The notes under the pieces: model-generated
Database searches by the model: none
Told to the model about the DNA's origin: nothing
What the model saw: only the letters and a program-made list of their open reading frames with translations
Shown: positions 36,410 to 45,992 of the stretch, in pieces
Layout: every line of letters begins with the position of its first letter
How positions within the stretch are numbered: the first letter of the stretch is position 1
DNA from: Treponemataceae bacterium
Lineage (GTDB): Bacteria > Spirochaetota > Spirochaetia > Treponematales > Rectinemataceae
Assembly: GCA_963678065.2 (NCBI GenBank)
Contig: CAXXVZ010000005.1
Coordinates: forward strand, 448,001 to 512,000
Length of the DNA stretch: 64,000 bases
Direction of reading: 5' to 3'
Translations under genes and position numbers: made by a program

Positions 36410-37628
36410 AGGTGCTGCCCTCGCCAGGCTTGCTCTCCAGGGATATCCCGAAGCCGTATTCTTCGGAGAAGCGCTTCAGGATCGCGAGGCCGATCCCCGA
36501 TCCTGAGCCCCTGTGCGCGGCGGCGGGGGCCCGGTGATAGCGTTCGAAGATCGCCTCGGTTTCGGCTTCGGGTATGCCCATGCCGAAATCCCGGACGCTG
36601 AACTCTCCCGGCCGGAGGTCTATCTCGATCCGGCCTCCCTCGCGCCCGTACTTCACCGCGTTGTCGACGAGAATGTGCTCGATCCTCTCGAGGTCTTCCG
36701 GCGCGACCGGCAGGCTGATGTCGCGGCCGATATCGGCGATGAAGGCGATTTCAGGATGCAGCTCGCGGTAATAGACGGTGTTGCGCCGCGTGATGGTGGA
36801 CGCGTCCGCCCACTCGACCCGCCTGAGGCGTTCCGCGGCCAGAGCGTTCTTGAAGGAGACGGTCATGTCGCGCAGTCGCGCGAGCTGCACCTTGGAAGCT
36901 TCCAGGTATTCGTCGACGAGGCCGGGACTGGCTCCGTGGCGCTCGATGAGCTGACGGTAGCCCTCGAGAATCTGCACGGGCGTGGCGATGTCGTGGGTCA
37001 TGTCCTCGACGAACTGCACCTGCCTCTCGTAGGTCCCCGCGATGTCGTCCATCATGGTGTTGAAGGTGCCGATGAGCTGGCGGATCTCGTCCTTCCGCCC
37101 GGGCAGGGGTATGCGCACCCGAAGGTTGCGCGAGGTTATTTTCACCATGGCCTGGGCCAGGCGCGCTATGGGATCGGCGACGATGCCCACGAATATCCAG
37201 CCGAATATGGCGAAAAGAATGGCGTAGACAGCGGCTATGATCCTGATGGTCATGCGTATCGGTTCCATGTACTTGTCGAACTCGGCCCTGAAATTGATGA
37301 AGAGGGAAAAATCGTAGGAGCCGGAGCGCCGGTCTATCCGCCTGATTCCCGGGCCGGTCGGATCGAGGGTGGCCGTGCCGTACTGAAAAACGGGAAAGCC
37401 GCTCTTGCTTATGGAGAGGACCTCGTAGTCGAACTCGACGTAGGAATACAGGTCGACATCGGCGGAAGTGGCGCTGAAACCCCAGACGACAATGGAGAGT
37501 CGGTTGGCCGCCCTCTCCATGATCAGCTTTTCCAGGCTCCGCCCTGTCGCGTAGTTCGACACCAGGACGGTCGCCAGAGAAACGATGGCGAGAAGGATGA
37601 CCAGCAGCATGAGAAAATGCCGTTTCAT
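36372..37628 (-). CDS. HAMP-domain sensor histidine kinase
   Basis: Two TM helices, HAMP, H-box EDMTHDIATP, N-box DNAVKY, G1 DFGMGI and G2 GSGIGLAI. Confidence 0.93.
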   Translation of the reverse strand: MKRHFLMLLVILLAIVSLATVLVSNYATGRSLEKLIMERAANRLSIVVWGFSATSADVDLYSYVEFDYEVLSISKSGFPVFQYGTATLDPTGPGIRRIDRRSGSYDFSLFINFRAEFDKYMEPIRMTIRIIAAVYAILFAIFGWIFVGIVADPIARLAQAMVKITSRNLRVRIPLPGRKDEIRQLIGTFNTMMDDIAGTYERQVQFVEDMTHDIATPVQILEGYRQLIERHGASPGLVDEYLEASKVQLARLRDMTVSFKNALAAERLRRVEWADASTITRRNTVYYRELHPEIAFIADIGRDISLPVAPEDLERIEHILVDNAVKYGREGGRIEIDLRPGEFSVRDFGMGIPEAETEAIFERYHRAPAAAHRGSGSGIGLAILKRFSEEYGFGISLESKPGEGSTFTLRFRDPPSPQ

Positions 37629-37637
37629 GCTCCGGAC

Positions 37638-38315
37638 TCAGAGTGCTCGTTCTTCCCGGGGAATCATGTAGCCGACACCCCGCAGGTTCTCTATGGCGAC
37701 GCTGCCCAGCTTGTCCCGTATTCCCTTTATGTGGACGGCGATGGCCCCTTCCTCGAGATGGAAATCGCTCCCCCACACCGCGGAGAGGATGTTCTCCTTC
37801 GAGACCACCTTGCCCCGGTTCTGGACCAGAAGAAGAAAGATCTCATACTCCTTGTTGGTCAGCCGCACGCGGACTCCGTCCTCGTACACGGCCCTCTCGT
37901 CGGGATACAGGACCACGGGACCGAGAGAAATCCTGGGAAGCGCCTCTCCGGATATTTTGGATCGACGGGTCACCGCCTTGATTCTGGCCACGAGTTGTTC
38001 CATGTCGAAGGGCTTGGCGATGTAGTCGTCGGCCCCCTCGTCGAGGCATCGCACCTCGGCGGCGACACCCTGGCGCGCCGTGAGGAAGATGATCGGCATC
38101 GTGGAACCCGCGTTGCGCAGGGCCCGGCACACGGTGATTCCCTCGACGTCGGGGAGCATCCAGTCGAGGAGGATAATGTCGTAACCGCCCTCGAGGGCTG
38201 CGGCGAGGCCGGAGCGACCATCCGGGCGGATGTCGATCGACATGCCCTGGAGAAGGAGTTCGACCTCGATGATGCGGGCGAGATACCTGTCGTCTTCTAT
38301 AAGGAGCACCTTCAT
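37638..38315 (-). CDS. OmpR family response regulator
   Basis: MKVLLIEDD, LDWMLP, GADDYIAKPF and wHTH LTNKEY..RGVGY motifs. Confidence 0.94.
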   Translation of the reverse strand: MKVLLIEDDRYLARIIEVELLLQGMSIDIRPDGRSGLAAALEGGYDIILLDWMLPDVEGITVCRALRNAGSTMPIIFLTARQGVAAEVRCLDEGADDYIAKPFDMEQLVARIKAVTRRSKISGEALPRISLGPVVLYPDERAVYEDGVRVRLTNKEYEIFLLLVQNRGKVVSKENILSAVWGSDFHLEEGAIAVHIKGIRDKLGSVAIENLRGVGYMIPREERAL

Positions 38316-38401
38316 GGAATTCTCCCCCGCACGCGATCGGATCGACGCGCGGAGAGCCGGAAGCGGCGCCGCGCCGGACACAGTATAACAGGAGGCAGGC
38401 A

Positions 38402-39337
38402 ATGTTGAAACAAGTCATCGAAGTGTACGAAATCATCGACGATGCCCGGGTCGACGGAGAGGCCGTCCGCGCGTATCTGGAGGGCAAGGGGTTGTCCGGA
38501 ATCGAAGTGCGCCGGATCGAAGGCGCCAAGGGTTCCACGGATTTCATCAGAGTGCTGGTCCCGGGCAGATCGGGCGCGTCCTCGGGCGGCGCGGCCCCCA
38601 CCCTCGGAATCATCGGCAGGTTGGGCGGCATCGGAGCGAGGCCCGAGCGTATCGGCCTCGTCTCGGACGCCGACGGGGCCGTGGCCGCCATCGCATGCGC
38701 CGCGAAGCTCGCCGACATGGCCGCCCGGGGCGACCGGCTCGAAGGCGATGTCATCGTCGCCACCCACATCTGCCCCGACGCCCCCACGAGCCCCCACGAG
38801 CCCGTGCCCTTCATGGGCTCGCCCGTCGACATGAAGGCCATGAACGTGCACGAAGTGGACCCGGCCATGGACGCCATCCTCTCGGTCGATACGACGAAGG
38901 GAAACAGGATCATCAACCACAGAGGCTTCGCAGTCAGTCCGACCGTGAAGGGGGGCTACATCCTGAAGCCCTCCGACGACCTTCTGGACATCATGGAGTG
39001 GAGCACAGGGGAGCAACCCTGGATCCTTCCCCTCTCGACCCAGGACATCACCCCTTACGGCAACGGGCTCTTCCACGTCAACTCGATTCTCCAGCCCTGC
39101 ACGGCCACGGTGGCGCCCGTGGTCGGGGTCGCGATCACTGCGGTGCGGCCGGTGCCGGGCTGCGGCACGGGAGCGAGCCGCGAGACGGACATCGAGGAAG
39201 CTGCCCGTTTCTGTCTCGAGGTGGCCAAATCCTTCACGGGCGGGAGCTGCCATTTCTACGATGCCGAAGAGTTCGAGCTCCTGAAAAAGCTGTACGGTTC
39301 CATGGAGCACCTCATGGGCCCGGGGGCCGGGCAATGA
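38402..39337 (+). CDS. DUF1177-like protein of unknown function
   Basis: GSTDFI, TLGIIGRLGGIGARP, VSDADGA, THICPDAPT.PH.PVPFM, DTTKGNR and VPGCGTGAS, recognised as DUF1177 from memory. Confidence 0.85.
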   Translation: MLKQVIEVYEIIDDARVDGEAVRAYLEGKGLSGIEVRRIEGAKGSTDFIRVLVPGRSGASSGGAAPTLGIIGRLGGIGARPERIGLVSDADGAVAAIACAAKLADMAARGDRLEGDVIVATHICPDAPTSPHEPVPFMGSPVDMKAMNVHEVDPAMDAILSVDTTKGNRIINHRGFAVSPTVKGGYILKPSDDLLDIMEWSTGEQPWILPLSTQDITPYGNGLFHVNSILQPCTATVAPVVGVAITAVRPVPGCGTGASRETDIEEAARFCLEVAKSFTGGSCHFYDAEEFELLKKLYGSMEHLMGPGAGQ

Positions 39338-40077
39338 AGATCGGGGCTATAACGATAGGTCAGTCGCCCAGGACGGACGTTACGCCGGAGTTTCTCGCCG
39401 CTTTCGGCGCGGCCGCGGGGGTGGGCGTCGAGCTGGTGCAGCGCGGCGTCCTCGACGGACTCTGCGCACAGGAAATAGCCGATATGGCGCCGCGCCAGGG
39501 CGAGGGGGTCCTCGTCTCGAGACTGCGCGATGGCAGCGAAGTCCTCCTCTCCGAGGAGCGCGTCCACGAGCGCGTGAGAGAGTGCGTCCGCGATCTGGAG
39601 CGCGGCGGCGTCGAGCTCATCGCCATCTTCTGCACGGGCGAATTCCCCGACCAGGAATCCCGGCTGCCCCTCCTGCGCCCCGACCGCCTCCTGGCGCACT
39701 TCGTCTCGGCCATCGCGCCGGCCGACAGAGCGGCAGACAGAGCGGCAGACAGAGCGGTCGGCGGGTCAGCCGGAAAGGCAGCATACAGAATATGCGCCGT
39801 CGTTCCTTCCGCCCTTCAGGGCGACGCGATGCGGGAAAAATGGTCGCGACACGGCTTCGACGCGGAGATCGTCGCGCTTTCGCCCTACTCCTCGAGGCGG
39901 GAAGACTGGGAAAGGACGGCGCAAAAGGCTCAGGCGGCGGACTGCAATCTCGTGATTCTGGACTGCATCGGCTACTCGGGGGCCATCAGGGCGGTTTTCC
40001 GCAGGGTCTGCGGGAAGCCCGTCATCCTGCCCCGGACCCTGCTCGGAAGGGCAGCCGCGGAGCTCGCCGGCCAGTGA
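39334..40077 (+). CDS. AroM family protein
   Basis: ITIGQSPRTDV, LVSRLRDG, FCTGEFP, SPY and LDCIGY motifs; ATGA overlap with the DUF1177 gene. Confidence 0.88.
   Translation: MKIGAITIGQSPRTDVTPEFLAAFGAAAGVGVELVQRGVLDGLCAQEIADMAPRQGEGVLVSRLRDGSEVLLSEERVHERVRECVRDLERGGVELIAIFCTGEFPDQESRLPLLRPDRLLAHFVSAIAPADRAADRAADRAVGGSAGKAAYRICAVVPSALQGDAMREKWSRHGFDAEIVALSPYSSRREDWERTAQKAQAADCNLVILDCIGYSGAIRAVFRRVCGKPVILPRTLLGRAAAELAGQ
39721..39756 (+). repeat. In-frame 12-bp tandem repeat x3 (ADRA) inside the AroM gene
   Basis: GCCGACAGAGCG GCAGACAGAGCG GCAGACAGAGCG. Confidence 0.9.
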
Positions 40078-40151
40078 GGGCAGCAGTGCCTGAAGTGCGG
40101 GATACCGACCGGCGACTGCTTCCGGACTTCTCGTAGCCCGACGGCTCGGGG

Positions 40152-40195
40152 AAAAAGGCGGAACGCGGGGGAACGCCTGTGTTCCGCCTTTTTTT
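40152..40195 (+). terminator. Rho-independent terminator (potentially bidirectional)
   Basis: AAAAAGGCGGAAC...GTTCCGCCTTTTTTT. Confidence 0.88.
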
Positions 40196-40239
40196 GTGCT
40201 ATTGTTTTTTGGCATTCAGACTCATCACGGGGAAACGAC

Positions 40240-40833
40240 ATGAAAATCGCTGTCATCTACGCATCGAAAACCGGGTTCGCGAAAAAATACGCCGAGTGGA
40301 TAGCCGAAGAACTCAGATCCGGGAGCGATGGCGCCAAAACGTCGGGCACCGGGTTTTCCGGTCCTGGCAGCGTCGTCGACCTCATGGAGGCGAAATCGGT
40401 CCGCCCCGAAATGCTCGAAGCCTACGACACGATTGTCTTCGGAGGCGGCCTCTACGCCGTCGGCATCAACGGCATAAAGCTCATCAAAGACAACTTCAAA
40501 AGGCTCTCGGGCAAGAAACTCGCCGTCTTCGCGACCGGAGCCTCGCCGAAGCGCCCGGAAACCACGGATTTCGTCCGGGACAGCAATTTTACCGTCGAAG
40601 AGCAGGAACGCATCCGCTTCTTCTACCTTCGCGGCGGTTTCGACTACGCGAAACTGAAGCCGGTGGACAAGATCCTCATGACCCTTCTCAAGCTGAAGAT
40701 CAAAATGAAAAAAGAGAGAGAGCGCATCGGCGACGAGCGGGGCATGCTCGCCGCCTACGCGAAGCCCGCCGACTTCATGAGGCGCGAGAACATCGACGAG
40801 CTGGTCGCTTTTGTCGGGGAAGTGCGAAAATGA
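40240..40833 (+). CDS. Flavodoxin-domain protein (Flavodoxin_5/HemG-like)
   Basis: IYASKTGFAKKYAEWIA, YDTIVFGGGLYA and FYLRGGFDY motifs. Confidence 0.88.
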   Translation: MKIAVIYASKTGFAKKYAEWIAEELRSGSDGAKTSGTGFSGPGSVVDLMEAKSVRPEMLEAYDTIVFGGGLYAVGINGIKLIKDNFKRLSGKKLAVFATGASPKRPETTDFVRDSNFTVEEQERIRFFYLRGGFDYAKLKPVDKILMTLLKLKIKMKKERERIGDERGMLAAYAKPADFMRRENIDELVAFVGEVRK

Positions 40834-41051
40834 GAATCGACAGTCTCGCGCCGCCCTGCCAGGCATAACCCCTCCTTGCGGATCATCGATCCCCAAAAGT
40901 CCGCGAGTGAGGGACCCCGTGAAGACGCTCCGTTCCGATTGCGCCGCCGCTTGATTTTCCCTCCGCTTTTTCTATACTGAAACCCGGCCGGTGCGGAGGG
41001 TCCGCCACAGACCGGCGCGACAAAGCCGCAATCGGTTCCGGGGAGGTTCGA

Positions 41052-41624
41052 ATGAAAAGCATCAGCAAAGCGACTGTAGCATTCATCGTTCTCGCGTGCA
41101 TCGCGGGGGCCTCGCAGATCGGCGCCCAGGTTCCGGCCCGAGACGCGCAGCTGGCGAGGCTGAAAACGCTTCTGCAGGACAAGGGTTTCGCCCTCGAAAT
41201 GGCCACCTGGCTCGACGCGGCCTACTATAAGGGACAAGGCCAGACTCCGCCTCCTTTCGTCAAACCGGAAGAAGAGACGGCGACAGCGCCAAAATCGGTC
41301 AAAGAAGAAAAAATCGCCATAAATCTCGCGGGATTCTATGCCGTCGAGGCCGGTATCGGGTTCATCTCCGAGCGTTCCGGGAAAACTCCCGTGGAAATAC
41401 TCCAGTCGATCGTGGATGGCAGCCTTCCCGAAGAAGACATGCTGCTCCTCGCGCGCTTCGCGAACGCGACCTGGAAGGCCAGCCAGCCATTCCGCTCGCT
41501 GTCTCGCATCACGCGCGACACATTCCGCCCCGCCACCCTTCTTACCAGGGAGGAACTCATGAAGGACTACGTGCAGGTCCGGGCCGCCTCTGAAAAACTT
41601 CTCGAGGCTATGAGCCGGCCCTAG
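41052..41624 (+). CDS. Hypothetical exported protein
   Basis: GGAGG RBS, upstream TATACT, signal peptide ending ..IGA and host-like codon usage; no family recognised. Confidence 0.8.
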   Translation: MKSISKATVAFIVLACIAGASQIGAQVPARDAQLARLKTLLQDKGFALEMATWLDAAYYKGQGQTPPPFVKPEEETATAPKSVKEEKIAINLAGFYAVEAGIGFISERSGKTPVEILQSIVDGSLPEEDMLLLARFANATWKASQPFRSLSRITRDTFRPATLLTREELMKDYVQVRAASEKLLEAMSRP

Positions 41625-41742
41625 GCCGGGGATACGGCGGGGCAGCCCGCCGCTTCGCATCGATTCTCTGATCGGACCGGCCCGTGAATGGCGGGATGTC
41701 GGACACGATCATTTGTAACGGGTATGTGTACAGGAGGAGAGG

Positions 41743-43596
41743 ATGGGCGGATCGACAGGGCGAGAGGGTCGCGACACAATCGACAGGGACATACGCGCCT
41801 GGATCGGATCGAGGCTGATAATCGCCGACGGCTCCACGGGGACGGCCCTCGAAGCCCTCTCCCCCGGCATCGGGGCGAAGGGCGCCCTCCTCCCTCTGAC
41901 CAGACCGGAACTCGTCGAGGAACTGCACCGCTCCTACTTCCGCGCGGGGTCCACGCTCGTCGAGACGGCCACCTTCACGGCGAGCGCCCGGTCGCTCGAA
42001 CGCTTCGCGGAATCGAAAGAGGCAGGAATCGGCGATCCCGGAGAACTCGCCTACGCGGTGAACCGGGCTGGGGCGGAGGCCGCCGTCCGCGCGGCGCGCG
42101 AAGCCGAGGCCACGGCGGGAGAGCCACGCTGGGTCGCGGGCTCCATCGGCCCCGGCGACGCGCCCCCGAGCTTCGGCATGGCCACATGGGCCCAGCTGCG
42201 TGAGTCCTACCTTCCCCAGGCGCGGGGACTAGCCGACGGGGGGGTCGACCTCGCCATCGTCGAAACCTGCCAGGATCCCCTCCAGATCAAGGCCGCGCTC
42301 GCCGCCCTCATGAGCCCGGAAGGAGGAAGGGGCCTGCCCTTCATCGTGTCGGCCACCGTGGACGCCTCGCGCCGCATGCTCGCTGGGACGAGCCTCGCCG
42401 CCTTCGTCGCCATCGTCGCGCCCTTCAGGCCGCTCGCCCTCGGGCTCAACTGCTCAGGCGGTCCCGACGAGCTCGCGGAGAGCCTCGCCGAGCTCGCCTC
42501 GCTCTCGCCTCTCCCACTCTGCTTCATGCCCAACGCGGGTCTCCCCGTCTCGGTCGACGGCAAGACGAGTTTCCCATTCGGACCCGACATCTTCGCGGCC
42601 AAGGTCGGGGCGATGGTCAGGAAGCACGGCATCGCGATCGTCGGCGGCTGCTGCGGGACGGGCCCCGCGCACATCGCCGCGCTTGCGCGAGCCCTGACTG
42701 CCGAAGCCCCGGACAGTCTCAAGCGCGGCGCGCCTGTCGCCACGCCTGCCGGGCGCTCCCCGGCCCGTCTGCCCGCCCTCGCGTCCCTGTACGAGGCGCG
42801 GCCGGTCGGACCTGAACTGTTCATGATCGGCGAGAAGGCGAACGTCTCCGGCTCGGCCGCCTTCGGCGATCTTCTCGAGGCCCGGGATTTCGACGGCATG
42901 GGCGAAATGGCGCTGGAGCAGGAAGGGACGGGAGCGCAGGCCATCGATCTCCGGGTCGCCCGCCGCGGCCGCGACGAGGCCGAGGACATGAAGGAACTCG
43001 TCGGGCTCATCGCGCTCCGCGCGCGCGCTGCGCTCTCGATCGACAGCACCGATCCCGGCGTCGCCGCCGCCGCCCTTCCGCTTATAGGCGGACGCGCCCT
43101 CATCAATTCGGCGAGCCTGAAAGATCCCGGCAGAGCGCGCGGGATCTTCGCTGCCGCGAGGGAACACGGCGCCGCCGTCGTCTGCCTCGCCCTGGACGCA
43201 GGCGGACCTGCCCGGAGTGTCGCCGGAAAGGTGAGCATCTGCCGGAAGCTCTACGATCTCGCCACAGGCGAGTACGGGCTCCCGCCCGAGTCACTCTTCT
43301 TCGACCCTGTCGTCCTCCCACTCGCGACTGCTCCTGAGGCTGCCGCAAAGACTCTCGACGCAATTCCCGCCATCAAGGAGGCCTGCCCGGGTTCCCTCAC
43401 CATACTGGGACTCGGCAATTTCTCCTTCGGGATGCCCGAGGGCGTCAGGAAGCAGGCGGAGGCCGTCTTCCTCGACATGGCGCGCGCGCGCGGACTGGAC
43501 GCCGCCATCCTCGACACGGCCGGAGTCCCTCCCGTCGCGGCGGTGGACGCGGCGCTCAGAGAGTCCATCGGGCGCCGCGTCGCGGAAGGGAAATAG
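41743..43596 (+). CDS. Split methionine synthase: homocysteine S-methyltransferase plus pterin-binding domains only
   Basis: ADGSTGT, ETCQDPLQIKAA, Zn ligands LNCS and GGCCGT, then MIGEKAN..SIDST..INS..FDP..NFSFG. No DxHxxG cobalamin motif. Confidence 0.85.
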   Translation: MGGSTGREGRDTIDRDIRAWIGSRLIIADGSTGTALEALSPGIGAKGALLPLTRPELVEELHRSYFRAGSTLVETATFTASARSLERFAESKEAGIGDPGELAYAVNRAGAEAAVRAAREAEATAGEPRWVAGSIGPGDAPPSFGMATWAQLRESYLPQARGLADGGVDLAIVETCQDPLQIKAALAALMSPEGGRGLPFIVSATVDASRRMLAGTSLAAFVAIVAPFRPLALGLNCSGGPDELAESLAELASLSPLPLCFMPNAGLPVSVDGKTSFPFGPDIFAAKVGAMVRKHGIAIVGGCCGTGPAHIAALARALTAEAPDSLKRGAPVATPAGRSPARLPALASLYEARPVGPELFMIGEKANVSGSAAFGDLLEARDFDGMGEMALEQEGTGAQAIDLRVARRGRDEAEDMKELVGLIALRARAALSIDSTDPGVAAAALPLIGGRALINSASLKDPGRARGIFAAAREHGAAVVCLALDAGGPARSVAGKVSICRKLYDLATGEYGLPPESLFFDPVVLPLATAPEAAAKTLDAIPAIKEACPGSLTILGLGNFSFGMPEGVRKQAEAVFLDMARARGLDAAILDTAGVPPVAAVDAALRESIGRRVAEGK

Positions 43597-43757
43597 CCCA
43601 CATCCCACACCCCTGATTCGAGGCGGGTCAATTCGATCGGATCGGTAAATGGTGGGATTTCTTTCGATGCCGGCCCCGGAGCGGCGGAATCGATTGCGGG
43701 ATACGCGGCGCGGCACTACAATCTCAACGTGAAGACTGTCGGATCGGTGGACCTGCA

Positions 43758-44735
43758 ATGACGAGAATCCGTGTGCCCGGAAGCCCCGGCCTGTGCCTTA
43801 CCTGCCTCGCGCTCCTCCTCCTCTTTCCTCCCTCCGGCTTCGCGGCGCCGGGGGCGGTGGTCGTAGCGGGCACGAGCGGAACGCGTTCCACCTTCGCCAT
43901 CGTGTATCCCATCGTCCACCCCTTCTTCCAGCCGGTGACGGAGATGGCCCTCGAGTACGGGAACCGCAGAGGCGTCGATCTCATTTTCAAGGCCCCGGAG
44001 GGCAGCGACGCGAGCCAGCAGATCCGCATCGTGCGCGATCTCATCAGGATGAAAGTCGACGGCCTCGCCCTCTGCCCCACCGATCCCCGCGCCCTCGAGC
44101 CCCTCGTGGCCGAAGCGCGGGCCGCGGGGATTCCCGTCATCACCTTCGAGTCCGACATGCCGAAGAGCGGGCGCATCTGTTTCCTGGGCACCGACAATTA
44201 CCGGGCGGGCCGGCACCTGGCGGAGGTTCTGGCCAGGGAACTCAAAGACGAGGGCGATGCCATCGTCTGCACGGGCCTGCCGACCCAGCCGAGCCTGAAC
44301 CAGCGCATCCAGGGCATCAGGGACGTGCTGAGGGAAAAGTACCCACGGATCAGGATCGTCTCGCTGCAGAGCGGCGAAGGGAACCCCGACTCGACGACGA
44401 AAGTCATCGAACGCCAGATCCGCGAGCATCCCGACTTCGACTCGTTCACCAGCATCGACGCCACGGGCGGCCCTGCGGCCGTCTCGATATGGAAGGCGAT
44501 GGGCTGGAAAGGCTCGAAGCACAAGATCGTCACCTTCGACGACATGCCCGAGAATCTTTCGGGCATCCGCTCGGGCATCATCGCCGCCGTCATCTCCCAG
44601 CGCGAATGGACCTGGGGGACCCTCATCATCGACCGCCTCCTCGACATCGTCGAGGGAAAGGGCGTGCCCGAGTACACGGACACGGGCACCGTCGAAATAA
44701 CCTTCGCCAACATCGATTCCTACCGGAGTCAGTAA
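43758..44735 (+). CDS. Sugar ABC substrate-binding protein, paralog 1
   Basis: TFAIVYPIVHPFF, GTDNY and TFDDMPENL motifs; upstream TTGCGG-17bp-TACAAT promoter. Confidence 0.88.
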   Translation: MTRIRVPGSPGLCLTCLALLLLFPPSGFAAPGAVVVAGTSGTRSTFAIVYPIVHPFFQPVTEMALEYGNRRGVDLIFKAPEGSDASQQIRIVRDLIRMKVDGLALCPTDPRALEPLVAEARAAGIPVITFESDMPKSGRICFLGTDNYRAGRHLAEVLARELKDEGDAIVCTGLPTQPSLNQRIQGIRDVLREKYPRIRIVSLQSGEGNPDSTTKVIERQIREHPDFDSFTSIDATGGPAAVSIWKAMGWKGSKHKIVTFDDMPENLSGIRSGIIAAVISQREWTWGTLIIDRLLDIVEGKGVPEYTDTGTVEITFANIDSYRSQ

Positions 44736-44943
44736 AACCGCCGGTCCACCTCCGCCGGAAACAAGTCCCCGGATACTCCGGACCGGCGGCCTCTGCCGGC
44801 CGGCCCCGCGCCATAGTCCACTTTCTTCCCCGAAAAAAACCATTGTCGGTTCCGTCCGGCGGGTCTAGCCTTGATGATGTCGGCGCCGACCAACCCGGGA
44901 AGGTCGACGCCGAACACCCGCACTAGAGGAAGGACGGTCGAAA

Positions 44944-45909
44944 ATGAAACAGAGACTAATAGCCGTGTGTATCGTCGCCGCCATCGTCGCCGCGATTCCG
45001 TTCACCGGCGCTTTCGCCCAGGACACGAAGCAGAAGACATTCGCCATCGTGTATCCCATCGTGCACCCATTCTTCGAGCCAGTCACGAAAATGGCCACCG
45101 AGTACGCCGCGAAGCAAGGAATAAAGATCATCACGAAGGCGCCCGAAGGGACGGATGTCCGCGGTCAGATCGAAATCATGGAAAACCTCATCTCCATGAA
45201 GGTATCGGGAATCGCGCTCTGCGCCACCGATCCCGTCGCCCTCATTCCCTACGTCAACAAGGCAGTGGAAGCCGGCATTCCCGTCATCGCCTTCGAATCC
45301 GACATGCCGGGCAGCAAGCGCTACGCCTTCATGGGGACGGACAACTACAACGCCGGTGTGCACCTCGGCCATGTCGTGGGACGCGAACTCGGCGGCAAGG
45401 GCAAGATGATCATCTGCACCGGACTTCCCACGCAGAAAAGCCTCAACGACCGCATCCGCGGAATCAGGGAATGTCTCGACGCGAACTATCCCGGCGTCAA
45501 GATCGTCGACCTCCAGACGGGCCAGGGCGACCCCGCTCTGACGCTCAGCGTGATCGAGGCCCAGATCCAGGCCAATCCCGACTTCGATGTGTTCACGAGC
45601 ATCGACGCCACGGGCGGCCCCGTTGCCGTGTCCATCTGGCGTGCCAAGGGATGGAAATCCGACAAGCACAAGATCATCACCTTCGACGACATGCCCGAAA
45701 ATCTCCAGGGCCTCCGGGAAGGTCTCGCGACGGCGGTCATCACCCAGCGGCAGTGGACCTGGGGACCGAAGATCGTCGACAGGCTCAACGACATCATCGC
45801 CCACAAGGGCGTGATCAACTACGACGACACGGGCACCATCGAGATCACATCGAAGAATGTGGGAAGCTACTACAGCTCCGAACCCTGGAAATTCGTCTTC
45901 AAAAAATAA
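44944..45909 (+). CDS. Sugar ABC substrate-binding protein, paralog 2
   Basis: Canonical signal peptide ending AFA; the same motifs as paralog 1. Confidence 0.92.
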   Translation: MKQRLIAVCIVAAIVAAIPFTGAFAQDTKQKTFAIVYPIVHPFFEPVTKMATEYAAKQGIKIITKAPEGTDVRGQIEIMENLISMKVSGIALCATDPVALIPYVNKAVEAGIPVIAFESDMPGSKRYAFMGTDNYNAGVHLGHVVGRELGGKGKMIICTGLPTQKSLNDRIRGIRECLDANYPGVKIVDLQTGQGDPALTLSVIEAQIQANPDFDVFTSIDATGGPVAVSIWRAKGWKSDKHKIITFDDMPENLQGLREGLATAVITQRQWTWGPKIVDRLNDIIAHKGVINYDDTGTIEITSKNVGSYYSSEPWKFVFKK

Positions 45910-45992
45910 CAGCCACAGCGGCGACTCTCCCCGGCCGGAATCCCGGTCAGGGGACTCGCCGTCAGGCGGCGCGAAGGAAAAGGAACGGGACA

